A stretch of 64,000 nt of DNA from Podarcis erhardii. Taxonomy: Eukaryota. Under the pieces are notes generated by a model. It was not told the DNA's origin. It ran no database searches and worked only from the letters and a program-made list of their open reading frames with translations. A program made the position numbers and the translations under genes. Positions 48,447 through 61,700 of this stretch are shown piece by piece. The stretch is taken from NCBI GenBank assembly GCA_964252035.1, contig OZ176209.1, one strand, 5' to 3'. How positions within the stretch are numbered: position 1 is the first letter of the stretch; each line of letters opens with the position of its first letter.

Positions 48447-49226
48447 ATGAAGGGAACACAACATGTCTACCTCTAAGAAATCTTTTTTTAAAAAACACAC
48501 CAGGAAACAGTTATAAGGAACTGTTTTAAGCTTTGCTTGCAATTTTTACCAATAGTAATTAGTTCCATTGTGCTGCTTACCTTGCTTTAAAGTATGAATT
48601 ATGAATGACATTTTTTTTCTACTTGAAATACTTGGTCCTGCTCTACATCTCAGGAGGCAAGTGGCTATTTTTCTTGGGGTCATGGTGGGAGCAGTCTGTC
48701 ATTCCTTGCAAATGACAAGCTTGGAGCAAAGGGTAGATGTTCTGTTCTGCCAGTTGCCAACTGGATTGGAGTGTTTGGGAACACTTATAAAACTACAAAG
48801 CCTTAATGAGCAACAGCAGGTGCTCCAACCCATCAAAGACATCACTCTTGGGCATCAGTGAAAGGAATTGCACTAATGTGAAAAAAACCTTAGCTTGGGG
48901 AAACAGGGCTGGCTATGTACGCTGCTAGTGCCCCATGGTACCTAGCCTTGGAGCAGCTTCATTTTTCCAGTTGTCCAGTTTTTAGCAGATCATTGTTAAT
49001 TCAAGTAGTTGATATATGTATTTGTGTTGCTGTTTGTAAAATTTCAAAAATGAAAATTGTTTCCCGTTTTCTTTTTACATTAGGCAGCAAATTTTACAGC
49101 AGAGGTGGTTAACCTGTTGCCCTGGTAGCATGTGTTTCTGGACCACTCAACCAGCCCAAATGAATAGGAATGCTGTGGCCACAGGTCACCCACTCTTGCT
49201 TTAAATGAAGCTGCCTTGTGGTGTCC

Positions 49227-49232
49227 AATAAA
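49227..49232 (+). terminator. Candidate BID polyadenylation signal
   Basis: AATAAA with GU-rich sequence 20-45 nt downstream. Alternatives at 49521, 50393 and 51086. Confidence 0.4.
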
Positions 49233-50326
49233 AATCCCTTGAGGTTGCTTGATTGGTGGGTTCTGCTCTGTCATGCAAGTGTTTTATTTGCACTTGGGAA
49301 TTTCCAGCTCATAACAGATTAGGTAGCCCTGGGCTATTTCTTTGTAAACTTGCCAGCTGTTGGTATCGCTTTATAAATCTCTTGACATAGTTGCAAGCAG
49401 AGGGGTGTGTGTGTTTGTGTTTATGTGTGTGGATTGCTGGCCTTCTCCTTACACCACCAGCTAAATTTGAAAAGGTGTGTCCCCCACCCCCACCCTATTG
49501 GACCACACCCTATAATCCTGAATAAAATTTTGATTCAGCATTAAGGGTTGAGAAAGTGTACACAGGGTGTATGTGGGAGTACTGCCTTAGTAGTTCTCAA
49601 TTTTAGCCAAATACTTGACTTGGAAAAAAGTAAAATGTAGTTCAACTATGGACTAATTTGGAATTTTGGAAATGTGTATTCCACATGAGGAGTTCCAAGA
49701 AGTCTAACAGTAAAACATGGCTCTTTTTCTTAAGGAAAGGAAAGGTTAGCCTATGAAGCTAAAATTGCTTTTTTTTTTTCTTTCACTTCAGCTCTTTATG
49801 GCAGCACAGGAAGAATATTTTGAGAGCTGGGATTTTATGCTGACCCTTTCATTGTCAAAACTTGAGTGCTATGGAATGTGGTTTTGATAAAATACTGAGA
49901 TAGGTTAAGATCTAAAAAATTGATCCTGTATTCCTAATCCCTTTTCTTTCTAGCTGCAGTTCTTGTTTCAGAATTTAAAGGGAAGCCATTACCAGCAGCC
50001 AGAGTGTTAATATTGGTGTTAGAGGAAAAGTGGGTGGAATAACAGATGCAACTCCTGTGGCTCGAACACAGCTACCGTACCACAGAAAAATCAAAAGTTT
50101 TATACCACCACCCCTCCCTCCAGACAAGCAAAAAGCATCATGTGACACTTTCCAGACTGGCAAAAGCAGTAGTGGGCATGCATGGGGCGGGGGTTAGAGC
50201 CCGAAAAGAGCCGTGTATGTCAGATGGGGAGCTGTGCATGGCCATATTCAAGCCTCAGGCCCACCAGTTTTCCCACACCTGTACTAAACAGAAGGAAATA
50301 CCACACATCTTTTCTTCAAAACTGAC

Positions 50327-50332
50327 TTTATT
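50327..50332 (-). terminator. Candidate distal BCL2L13 polyadenylation signal
   Basis: AATAAA on - followed by ATGTGTGGTATTTCC (GU-rich). Confidence 0.4.
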
Positions 50333-51854
50333 AAAGTGCAACTGAGGGCTAGGGGCATGGGTCTTACAACAAAGCGCCATCAGCAGAGAAAAAATAAACA
50401 TACCCCTTCAATTTATAAACAGTAGATGAGGGAGCTGGTAACTCCTTTTTAACACTGGAAATAGCAAGTTTTTTTAATTCATCAAATGGCACAAAAGGCT
50501 TCAGACAGTAATTTTGAAAATGCTGTACTTGCATAAGGAATTAGAAAAATACAGTTCCTTGAACACTTAACTGATTTGCATGTCACATCAGTCTTTCAGA
50601 ATGCAAATTTGCTTATTATTGAAAATCAACCAATTGTTTTAGGAATTCACTAGAAGCAATTTTTTTCTAATACCTCTAGTCATAACTCAAATCCTCTATG
50701 CTTTTGTATGAACAGGATTGAAATAGGCTTTTAACCCATATGCTGATGAGTTGCTTTTACGGTTTTGGAGCTCTATAGAGGGGATAAATTGTGGTTTGTT
50801 ATATAGCCTTTCGTTTATCTCATCTCTTTTGCTCTCACAATCAAAATCCATAATCTTTTCGAGTGCAACCAAGCTTCAATCTCTTCCAGCATAACTTAAA
50901 GCATTATCAGAGGTAAAATAGGTTCTACTTAATGAGCAATGTCTAAAAGTCTGCATTGGTTTGTAACAGTTTATACTGCTAGGATAGTTCCTAGACAAAA
51001 TTTGCTTTAAGTCCTCATAATCAGTAGTTAGAGGGCATCACTTAAGGAATAACAATGTAATCAAACTCAGCTTTCTAGCCGTGGAAATAAAGAGTTCTGG
51101 GGGTTGATATATGAAGTATTACAAGTCGGACCCACACAAACCTGCTTTCCTTTAACCACAAATTAAGAGAAGTACTGCAGCAGCTGCAGGAATAGCCTCC
51201 CCCCTTGTTGCAACTAGCTTCTGGGAAACATAGTTTTTCCAGTAGCTACTGCAGTTTTAGTATGCAGCATATCGAACATGTCTCCCTGAAGCTTCCCTGC
51301 TGCTGCCAAACAAGACTGCTACAGCACCAGAAATCAGTGCAGGAGTGGGTGAGAGTTAGGGAATCAATTTTAGATTTACTGAGATAAAAGTCCAGCTACT
51401 TCCTGCTTTTGTTTTGTTCTTAAATAAGTAGCTGGGCTTATTTCAGCCAACTCTAATACAAGCCACAGGGAGCAACACACCTATCACCCCTAAGAGAGGT
51501 GGTCAAATTAGACTTAAGCTGCTGCTGCTTGCCTTGTTGCTTGCCTGGACAGGAAAGAGGTTTTCAATGGCAGCCACCTGCCCACTGGATTTTTTTGGGG
51601 GGGGGGGGCTGAGAGAGGATGGCAGCCACACTGTTGTCTGAATGTGCATTTGTGGCTTGGTTTGTATGGTACAGTCTAATAATTTTAGGTGTTCCAATGC
51701 AGAATTGTAGACCACCCTGCTCATAAATAGTACAGTATATAAATGGGTACCTCTAGGTGACACAATTTCACATGCAATACATTTCTAAAAGTCCACCTAT
51801 ATGCCTGTTACTGCTAACACAATAACACATATGTTCATGATTTCTCCTAAATAG

Positions 51855-51860
51855 TTTATT
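51855..51860 (-). terminator. Candidate BCL2L13 polyadenylation signal
   Basis: AATAAA on - followed about 25 nt later by TATGTGTTATTGTGTT. Confidence 0.55.
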
Positions 51861-53599
51861 GTTTGCAGCTCCAAAAACCATATAGACTCCAGCCTGTTGC
51901 CTGTGCTATATGAACATTAACCCTGAGAAGTACTGTTGCCAGAGTATAGAATGTTAGTTGTTAATTTATAAACAGACTAGCCCTTCTCTAGTGATGCTTC
52001 AAGAAAAGCTGTGAAATAACACTGCTTCAAAGCATCCATCTCACTGCTAAAAACAGACATTCATCTGAACCAACTAAATAAATGTATGACTATATATCAC
52101 AGAATAAGAGAAATTATAGTATGAGACACCTTTACCAAGTCCTATTTCATCTTGAAGCCCTAATATCTTCAGGGAAAGACTATCCGCCCCCCCCCCACTT
52201 ATTTCAGAAATCTACAGAAAATAGAACAGATTATTACTGGTCAATGGTTGAAAGTGGCAGTTCACAGTTCTACAACCTTTAATCTTTCATCTAACGTTCT
52301 TTTTAGCATTTTGAAACTAGCAAAATTAACAGGTGAAGAATACCAATCTACAGTTGCCCATTGTCTCTCTTGTCCACCCCCGGGCCAAACACATGACCTT
52401 AGTATTGAAAAAAGAAAAACAGTACCGGTTTATCCTATTTGTAGTGCCTGCTAGAAAAATGAGAATTTGTATTGGCAATAGCCCTAGCAGATAAGGGAGG
52501 GGCTTATTTCAAAGCATGCATAACTCATATTTAAGAGGGTATGTAGTGGAGAAAGAAGAGTTTTGCAAATATTCACGCAGAGGAAACAACACCCATTTCA
52601 AACCATCAATTTATTGAGAGCTATAGACCATTCCCATCTATTATTAGTTGAATTGGTCTAATACTAGTGCATCTCTAAATACTGAGAACCCAAAATGGTA
52701 CTATTGAGCTATATTAACTCTTGCAACAATGCTAATATCTAATGACATAGCAGCTATGATTTATTTTACCATCCTCCAGCATGGGAGGTTTTTCCCCAAA
52801 GGCTTTTTGGAGCTATAGCTCAAGAATACTCACTATTGGACAATAGGGCTACAAAATAGAAAGCAGGCAAATATAAAAAAGGAAAACTGTTAAAGCCCAC
52901 TGGAATACACTGAGGCACTTTATTCTGGAAAATGGGTAACAAAGACAGCACTAGAAAAAAGCATTGGAAATTACCTAACCAGCAACTCCCAACCGCCATG
53001 GCAAAGTTCCCATCCTGCTGAATCAAAAAGCAAAAATTCCCATATGGTTAGAGGACACTTCACATACAACATTTGTAGGTGTGCATGTAATGTGGGAAGA
53101 TAACCCCTTGTGTGCACAAACTATGTATTATACATGCATACTCACCAGGGAGGCGAGACTGGCAGAGGCTTCCTCTCAAATAGCCAACTGATAGTAAACC
53201 CAGGCTTTCTACCACAACGTGTGTAAGGATCAACCCTCATCAACTTGGCTACTGTGCTAAAACTACGGCTGCCTGCAATTACTTTTGCCATCAGAGATCC
53301 TGGATGCCCCAAACAATCAAGTGACCATTGTAGTAAGATGGAAGACAGTTCTATGGTAAACAGGAATGCAGACTGTCATAGTGGCAACTATCACTCATTA
53401 AATGTAAATCAAAACTACACTGAATAAGGGCCTGCCCAGTGAAGTTTCAGGAGTAAATAGAAATTACAACATGAAATAAGTAATAATAAATTTGAGATTT
53501 TGAAAGGTGAATGGATTAAAAATGAAACTAGGCTAAAGCTCAAAGACTCTTAAGAGTGTCTTTCACCTCCTTACTTTCCCTTTAAATTGCATCTAATTA

Positions 53600-53930
53600 A
53601 GAGCCTAGGGCTTGCCGATTAGAAGGTTGGTGGTTCGAATCTCCACAACGGGATGAGTGCCCGTTGTTCGGTCCTAGTTCCTGCCTGCCTAGCAAGTAAA
53701 GTCAAAGTCAAAGTGCAAGTAAATAGGTACCACTCCGGCGGGAAGGTAAATGGTGTTTCCGTGCGCTGCTCTGGTTTGCCAGAAGCGGCTTAGTCATGCT
53801 GGCCACATGACCCAGAAGCTGTCTGCGGACAAATGCCGGCTCCCTCGGCCTATAGAGCGAGATGAGCGCCAGAACCCCAGAGTCGTCCACAACTGGACCT
53901 AACCGTCAGAGGTACCTTTTACTTTTACTT
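53600..53930 (+). mobile_element. Sauria SINE (Squam1-like), A-box end missing
   Basis: GAGCCTAGGGCTTGCCGAT..GAAGGT.GGTGGTTCGAATC (B box), GGCGGGAAGGTAAA, GTCATGCTGGCCACATGACC, tail ACCTTTTACTTTTAC. Confidence 0.9.
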
Positions 53931-55407
53931 GCATCACATACACTGAGACCTGCAGCAATTTGCTACATAGTCTGTCTATGAATTCTAGGAATGGCTATAG
54001 GATGCTTCCTGTGGGAAAAGAGCATATTCTATTTACTATCACACCCCTAAAATGAATTGAAATTGTTGTTTTTTTGTTTGTTAAGAAGCAATTGAGCCTT
54101 AAGAATTTTTGCAACAAAAAAATTCAACACAGGTCATAATGAATAGGCCACATGTTGCCAAGACATTGCCTCCAAAATGTAACATGTTAACACAAGCACT
54201 GGAGAAGAAGAAAATCACCACTGCCACATGATGAGTATACATGTGTTAATTTGAGATGATGATTCTTTTATTTACAATACATGAATGGAAAAGTTCAGCC
54301 TACAAATGTGGTTGAAGGGAATCTTAGGAATTTCCTGATCATCTGTTCTGCAGAGGGTAACTGGAAAAGGCAGCTATGGCAAGGAACTAGAGAAAACCAC
54401 TACTCAACACTTTCACATTCCTAAATAGCTCTATAGTAAAGAGGTACCTGATTGCCAGACAGGTAATCATATCCAATTAGTACACCAGGAGGAGGGGGGG
54501 GGGTTCATTCGGCATCCTTTGGTTAGCAGAATAACGAGGGGGAAGGTTTGAATATGTCTACTATGGTGGAACTTGGATATTTTAAAAAGTTTGGAAAAGG
54601 TCATTTATTTTTTTTACTTTTGAGTTATACACATTTCAGCAGCCCAAACAAGCTGCAGCAATCGCTTGAAGGACATGAGAGTTTCCACTCCATAGAGCTA
54701 GCAAACACCAACAGAGTAATAATATTTAAATTTTGTTTCCATCACACACACAGCACCAAACACTGATAAGACATATCTTATTTCATTCCTCTTGGGTAGA
54801 AATCATACCTGGCTGCATTAAAAATAAACTTTCCACAGGTAGCTATTATCTGGCAAGTTTACATGACTTACTGGCTTTCAGGTCACCATTCACTCTACAG
54901 CCCCAAACCAGGCAAACAACTGGGAAGGACAGCACAATGTTGCTTCGGGTTGAACTATGTGAATTCGTTTCTTTGAAGACCTTGTGCTTGGCTTTTTATC
55001 AGTGGTCAAGGTCAATTTAAGGCTAAGTGTCTTTCACTCTTGAATTTGTGCAAACACAACAGGGAAAAGATGGCCAAAGCAGATGCTTATATTTTGACTT
55101 TGCAAGTGGTGCCAGTTCAGCTTACAACTGCTGAACATTTCTCCTTTTTATTCATCAGAATGATAAAAGGGTCTCTTTGATAACTGATATAAAAAACAGG
55201 ATGCATTAAAAGGGCAAAGGGAGAAGGAAAACAGAAAAGTAAGAGATCAGATACACATGAGGGATCAAATAACATGTCTTCCCACCAAACTCTTATAATT
55301 TCATCCCTGCATGGGAGACTATTGCTTTACCCACCCAACATTACAGAGCTTTAAGAATTTCATTAAATATATATGACGGGGTAGAAAAGGTATAAAACAA
55401 AAAGTTA

Positions 55408-55613
55408 CAGTGGTACCTCGGGTTACAGGTTACAGACTCCGATAACCCAGAAATAGTACCTCAGATTAAGAACTTTGCTTCAGGATGAGAACAGAAATCG
55501 CGGAGCGGCAGCGGGAGGCCCCATTAGCTAAAATGGTACCTCAGGTTAAGAACAGTTTCAGGTTAAGAATGGACCTCCAGAAAGAAAGAAGTTCTTAACC
55601 CGAGGTACCACTG
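55408..55613. mobile_element. Tigger-like MITE, family A, opposite orientation to 35051
   Basis: TA-flanked perfect 18-bp TIRs, 206 bp, short internal deletions. Confidence 0.95.
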
Positions 55614-56110
55614 TATTGAATAAGCACTAACCCACTGGGGTTTAAAAGAGATCTGGGAGGTCAAGAGGAGCTGTGCAATACCTGAGGAAGCTGAGACAAA
55701 AGAGCTACCAACCTCATGCTACACTGAGCCTCTCATTCAAGAGGTTAAAGGGGAACCAAGAAGCTGCAAGAGCAGCTATGGAAGGGAAATCTCCAGGGAT
55801 AACAACAAACTTTCCTTTTCCTCTGGAATGTTCTGTGCCGGTTTCCAGTGTATAAGCATCCCCATTTCTCAGTTATACATACATATTAAATGTGCAGGGG
55901 TTTTCAAAATGACACCCCTATATGTTAAACAGGAAGATCCGATACCAGTCCACTAAAAACATGATTGTCCCCAGGCTTAGCTTTATAGTGTACCCTTGCC
56001 CCATCACCCTTTTTGCTACATGAATTTCCCATTAACAGCAGGCACCACAACCCTCAGCCAATGCAACTAAGTGTAGATTCAGGCGCTACCTCCTTGAGGA
56101 GAGGCGTTCA

Positions 56111-56923
56111 CTACTTCTTCCTCAATGCTAGTGCTACACCTACTGCCACAGCTAGGATGGCCACTGCAGCTGCCCCACCATATAGTAGAACTGATTTGCC
56201 TTCTGGTAAGAGGATGGGTTTCTCCTCTCCAGCAGGAGTCTTCTCTTCCTTTTCTTCAGGATAGCTTCCCTTTCTGGCCTTTATTTCTTCTTCTGGAGGC
56301 AGTATTCTTTCAGGTTTGGGGGTAGCTTTTTCTTCTGACTGAGTTAATTGCTGGACAGGTTTACTCAAGGCTGGAGCTTCAGGTTCTGGCAGCAGCACCT
56401 CTTTCCCCTCTTTCTGCTGTTCCTTATGTGAAGGTGCAGAGGGGCCTGGCTTTTTAAGAGACACAATTTCTGCTTCTGGCTCCAGCAATGCAGTTGGAGG
56501 TTCTGGGGAAGCAGACTTTGCAGGGTCAGCCTGCAGGACCACTTCTGACACCACTGTTTCCTCAACCCCCTCTGGTATCTCCTCCTTTTCAACATGAACA
56601 ATATCAGAGTTTGAAGAGTTATTTTCACTCCTTTCTTCCCCACCTCCATTGCTGTCCAAACTCTTCACTTCTTCAGGATCCATAGCCACTTGCTGCCAAG
56701 ACTCAGGCCCCAACGAGACAGGTAAGCTCTCAGTATGCCAACTCTGACTAGCTGACAAAGAAACTGGCAAGCTCTCCGACTGCCAAGATGTTGTCACTGT
56801 AGGTGACTCAGGAGGGCTCACCTGGCCTGAGTTGTCACTAGTTAGGATGTAGATGTCATTGCTATCTTCGGCAATTATTCCGTGGTACTCCTCTTCTTCA
56901 GAATCCAAACTAAAAACAGTACC
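56111..56923 (-). CDS. BCL2L13: BCL2L13 (Bcl-rambo) terminal coding exon, 270 aa: BHNo region, LIR motif, C-terminal transmembrane anchor
   Basis: TTTTCTTCTAG acceptor on -, reading GTVFSLDSEEEEY...SWQSESLPVSL...SWQQV... to a hydrophobic helix and RKK, then TAG. The first half is near-identical to remembered BCL2L13. Confidence 0.97.
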   Translation of the reverse strand, partial: GTVFSLDSEEEEYHGIIAEDSNDIYILTSDNSGQVSPPESPTVTTSWQSESLPVSLSASQSWHTESLPVSLGPESWQQVAMDPEEVKSLDSNGGGEERSENNSSNSDIVHVEKEEIPEGVEETVVSEVVLQADPAKSASPEPPTALLEPEAEIVSLKKPGPSAPSHKEQQKEGKEVLLPEPEAPALSKPVQQLTQSEEKATPKPERILPPEEEIKARKGSYPEEKEEKTPAGEEKPILLPEGKSVLLYGGAAAVAILAVAVGVALALRKK

Positions 56924-57378
56924 CTAGAAGAAAAATGCACATAATCAACGAAGTTAGCAGCACTTAATTTTACATGATACAACCACATTACAGAAGAATG
57001 GTAGCCTTAATTCAGAACGACCCAGAGAACGTATAATTGCTACATACAGTTGAACAGCCAATGGATACAACAGATTTCCATCAGAGTGCAGCTGCATGCA
57101 ATTATTGCGGGGGGCGGGGAGGCAACAAAACTTTAATACTTAAAGAGGTTTGCATATTGTCAAAACTAAGTATTGAACAGTAATTGTCTTCTGTCTGATT
57201 TGAGACAAAAGTATTGTACTTGGATATGGGAAAGAGACCTGGATTCAGTTCTCTGCTATTATGAAATTCTATGTGTGTGCATGCACACAAAAGTCAGGAT
57301 CACTCACCCTAACCTATTTCACAGGACTGTTATGAGCATAACACATGAATCTGATGTACATTATTTCACAATACACAT

Positions 57379-57472
57379 GCAGTCAATCGGAAGCTGTGCC
57401 TTGGCTCCCGAACGTTTTGGAAGTTAAACGGACTTCCAGGACGGATTCCGTTTGACTTCCGAAGTACAACTG
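57379..57472. mobile_element. Half copy of Tigger-like MITE family B
   Basis: One TIR (GAAGTACAACTG followed by TA). Homology stops at the internal hairpin arm GCAGTCAATCGGAAGCTG. Confidence 0.75.
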
Positions 57473-58639
57473 TAGTTCTGTAGCAATCTCTCACATACTC
57501 TATGGTGAGTGTTGATTCTATTAGGAAAGTGCCTCAAATGAAATTGTACTACATAGGAGTTACTTTTTTATTTCTAGAAATCTATTCTTCAGGAGTCACC
57601 CATACACATATCACAATTTCTTCATAACTTATAAAAATTCAAAGCCTATTTGAATTAATTGAACTTTTTAAAAAAATAATAATAAACTGGTATCTGTATA
57701 GAGAGATAATGTTATAATACAAAGAATATTGAAGCATTGCTAACCAGAACCACTCAGACATCCTTCAAGCAAAGCTCTCAGAGCTTCTGTTGATGGCTGC
57801 CTTTCACAACTATCCATCTGTGCTAATGGAATGTGGCACATGCAGAAAGCTGCATCAGGGCCTGGACTGCCGCCACACAGAAAGTAATTACTCAGTAAAT
57901 CCCCATCCACCCTCTTTCCCTGCTGATCAAGCTGTCTCATGAGCTCAGGAGCTTTATGGTGAAGAGTACATGTTATTCTGCTATGAATTGTTCCCACTCC
58001 TCTGCCCTCTTCATAGCTCCAGGCTAGCTTGCACTATTCACCCTTGCTTCAGCACCAGAGTCATGTAAAACAAAAATCAGAACACAGAGCACTATAATGC
58101 AGACAGGCCCTCCCATCAGATGTTTGTGATATTCTAATCAAGAATGACCCTGCATCAGAAAACCAAAGGAATATTGAGAAGAGATCTGCACAGGTAGCAG
58201 CAAAGAAGTTTTGCCAACAAAGGTATTTTAGTAGGTTAAAAAAAAAAAAAAAAAACCACAAGTAGAGTATGTTTTAAAATAAATCAATACTAAGAAAGAA
58301 TAAAAAATCTGTTAGGCACCAGAGGCCTAACTTCTGAAATATTAGTTCTAGAGAGTTGAGTTCAATTAATATTACTCCCAGTGTCATTCCGCTTATATTG
58401 TTTCATAGAACTTAACCTTTTTGGCCCCGTATTTTACTTAATTGAGGACACAAAACTTGCCCAGAGAAGATCATTCTACAATTACTAAGTTTCTGCAAAA
58501 AAAATTGGCTAATTTTTGAAGACAGACACTCTGATGCAATTACCTAGGCAGTTTCATTAAATAATCTAGTAACTGAACTGAAAGATTATGCCCCAAGATG
58601 AATAACATTAAGCTGTGTATACTACAAATGAGAACATTG

Positions 58640-58753
58640 TAAGTTGCCTTATAACAAGTCAGATCATTGGGTCCATCTTTCTTAGTACTGTTGACACTGA
58701 CTCGCTTTTACACGCAGAACATGTGCTCTACCACTGAGCTACAGCCCTTCCCC
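58640..58753 (-). mobile_element. Fragment of a tRNA-Ala-like SINE head next to CR1-related sequence
   Basis: The reverse complement reads GGGAAGGGCTGTAGCTCAGTGGTAGAGCACATG with no B box or acceptor stem. Confidence 0.5.
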
Positions 58754-61700
58754 AACAATGTGTGAAATTCTCAGTTACATCTAGCCAGCAATACTACTCA
58801 AATAGATTTCTTAGCTTCATAAAGGAAAGTTGTTGTTACCTCCATTTCAGCACAAACTGCACCACAGGCTACAGAATCCTTTTATCTGTACCACATGATC
58901 CACAGAACAGGCTATTTTATGCCACTTGAGGTGTTATACTAAATCTTCATACATCAACAGTGCTGTTCTTATCTGAAGGTCACACAAAGGTCTTCAGAGT
59001 GCAGTTTAACAGCTTTCAAATGTGCCAGGAATTAGCAGTTAAAAAAAGAAATAATGGAAAAGATAGAGCCATGGAATATTTAGTAGCAATGAAGGAAAAG
59101 ACATCTTAGACAATCTCAAATTTGAGAGTGCAGGCTCCTGAAGAGGTTGGCTTTCCAGGCTTAGGGGTGGTGGGGAGAATAGGTTAAGAGGCTGCTCCCC
59201 TAGGTGTCAGCTGAAGGAGTAGGAACAACCTCAATAAGAGGGAGAAATAGACACTATGGAGGGGGTTGAGACACAGAAGAGTGTAAGTGTGTGGGATAGC
59301 AGGCACCGAGGAAGGTGGGTGAAGCTGTCTCTAGTATGCAGTGAAGCAAGAGAGTGCTGAAGGTTATGGAGTCTTCTCTAAGCCCAACTTTATTTTGTCC
59401 TAATAGGATTCTTATGCTTTTCATTCACTGTCCTGAGACTTTGGACATAGGAACAGGTTACAAATATAAACAAATTTAAACTGCATATGCAGGATCCCAA
59501 TGATTTGTTTTAGTATTTCAAAACAGTCAAGAGTAAAAATGCTAAGTATCAGGTAGATCTAAAATTAATCAGTCACGCTACCCATGCTGCTAAAAACAAA
59601 CACTTGCTCATTTCACTTAGAAAAGCATACAAAAAGACACAGGAACTCTCCTTCCAGGAGCAGTTAGTCTGTACAAGCAACACTAACCTATTAAATAGGA
59701 CCTCCCCTTGTCAAATACAGTGTTATGTACTACATATTATAGTCCACAATATTCCATTTTCAAGCAGAGAGGAGAAACTAAGTCAAGAAGTAAGCCATCT
59801 AAAACAGGAATTGTTATCTGATACTGAAATCTGCAGTAGACTCCTTTATAAAAGTCAATAATGTCTCACAAGCCTACAAATCTCCAGCTAGCATTTATTG
59901 ATATATCCCTTCCAGCAATTATTATTTTTAAATTGCACCATCCATTATGTTATCCTGGATTCCATTATCTCACTTCTGTAAGCAAGTGAAGTCTGAATAA
60001 AGGTACATTCTTTTACTCTCTTACAAAACACACTCTCCAACAAAGCATGCTGCTATTTTAATACATTGCCTAAAGATTTCTCCCTTGTCATCCAGAGTCA
60101 AATTTTGGAATAAAGAACCAGACAATTTTGTTTTTTCACTGAAAGTATGCCACTATTAATAGTCTGAAGAGCAAGATGCTTAGAGGTTTTACTACACTGA
60201 AGCAGAATATAAATTTTGTTAAGCAAACAAACCTTGGTGCAAGATCCTGGTTGTCTTTCTAATAAGAATGAAATTATCAAGTTCAAAACGGAAATGAAGT
60301 TTGTTCTTATACCACTACCATCAGAGTATAAAACACAGCTACTTACCACCAACTTCAGTTTTAGAAACTGAACGACTACTTTACACTTCTAAAGACAACA
60401 ACAATGCCAAGACTGAAAATAAAACCCAGAGTCAAGCACTAGGGGAAGTAGCCTGCTTTCCGTATCATTCTATAAACTCAATCACAATCGCAATGGCAAG
60501 GAAAGCAATACTTTAGACTTTAATTGTGCATTGCAGCTTCTAGTTCGCTTTTTACAAGTCAAATGGATGTGCAAGTTTCCAAAGGCACTTAATTATACTT
60601 TCATGCAGAGATTATTAAAGCAGAGCAAGCCACAAGCATGTAAACTGGTGACAAAGCAGAATAACAACTTTTAAGCAAAAATAGTTAGTCATCTCTATTC
60701 TTCTCAGATCTCCCACAAGTCCTTTTCAATGTGGATGAAACACTGGAAATTAGGACAAGGTTGACACTTTTAAAGCATAATTATACTACTTCAGTAGTAA
60801 AGTCTTACCCAAACTGACTGTTCTTACTCTGCACTTTTCCAAGAGAAGTTTCTGATGCAGCAGACACAGCAAACAGAGGGAGAGTGAACAGAGAAAGGGG
60901 AGGGAGTATGCGCACTGCACATCAATTTGTTTGTGCCCTAATACAGCTTCAGGGCAAGCTGTAGAGCTAAGCTGCTGCCAAATTAGAATGAACGTTTTTT
61001 GTTTTGACCCAGTGGAAAACATGGAACCTTTCTGTGACTCTTCTGGTTTCCATCAACAATGTCTAGAGAGCAAGCTATGTCTACAAAAATGCTCAGAGCT
61101 AGATCTCTGCCTCTTATGATTAAAGAAGTACACTGCTACCTTGAAAATGAATTCAAAGCAAACCAATCTACTGCCTTACAAGAAGAGAAGTAAAGCAAAA
61201 GTATATATTCTGCATTGTTCTTATAATCCTTTTCAAGTTCAGTAACCAACAACATTGCATGACTCTGTTTCTTTTAGGTCAGAAGCTATTGCTTACATAT
61301 GCAAAACTTTATGAGAACTTAGAAACTGCAACTGCATTTTGATTCTTCCTGATATTGAAATTACTACAAAAGCAGACTTAATGCAGATTTCACTGAAGAA
61401 CGTTACTCGTTACTCACTGCTCACACTCAAAATGTGTGCAACACAACTTCTCATTAGAAAAGGAAAAGCAACATAGAAAAAAATGTCTGGAAACCATCAG
61501 AACAATGAAAAGGAGGACATTACCTTTTTAAATGTGCTACATTTAACTTTTATAGTCTTGCAGCATAATCCTATACAGGTCTATTTAGAAACAAGCCCAG
61601 CTGAGTTCTATGGGACTTATTCCCAGAACCAATCTTCTTCTTAAAGGTTGCCATTTCTGCAAAAATCCTCCAAATATCAGGAAATCTACTCTTGACTGAC

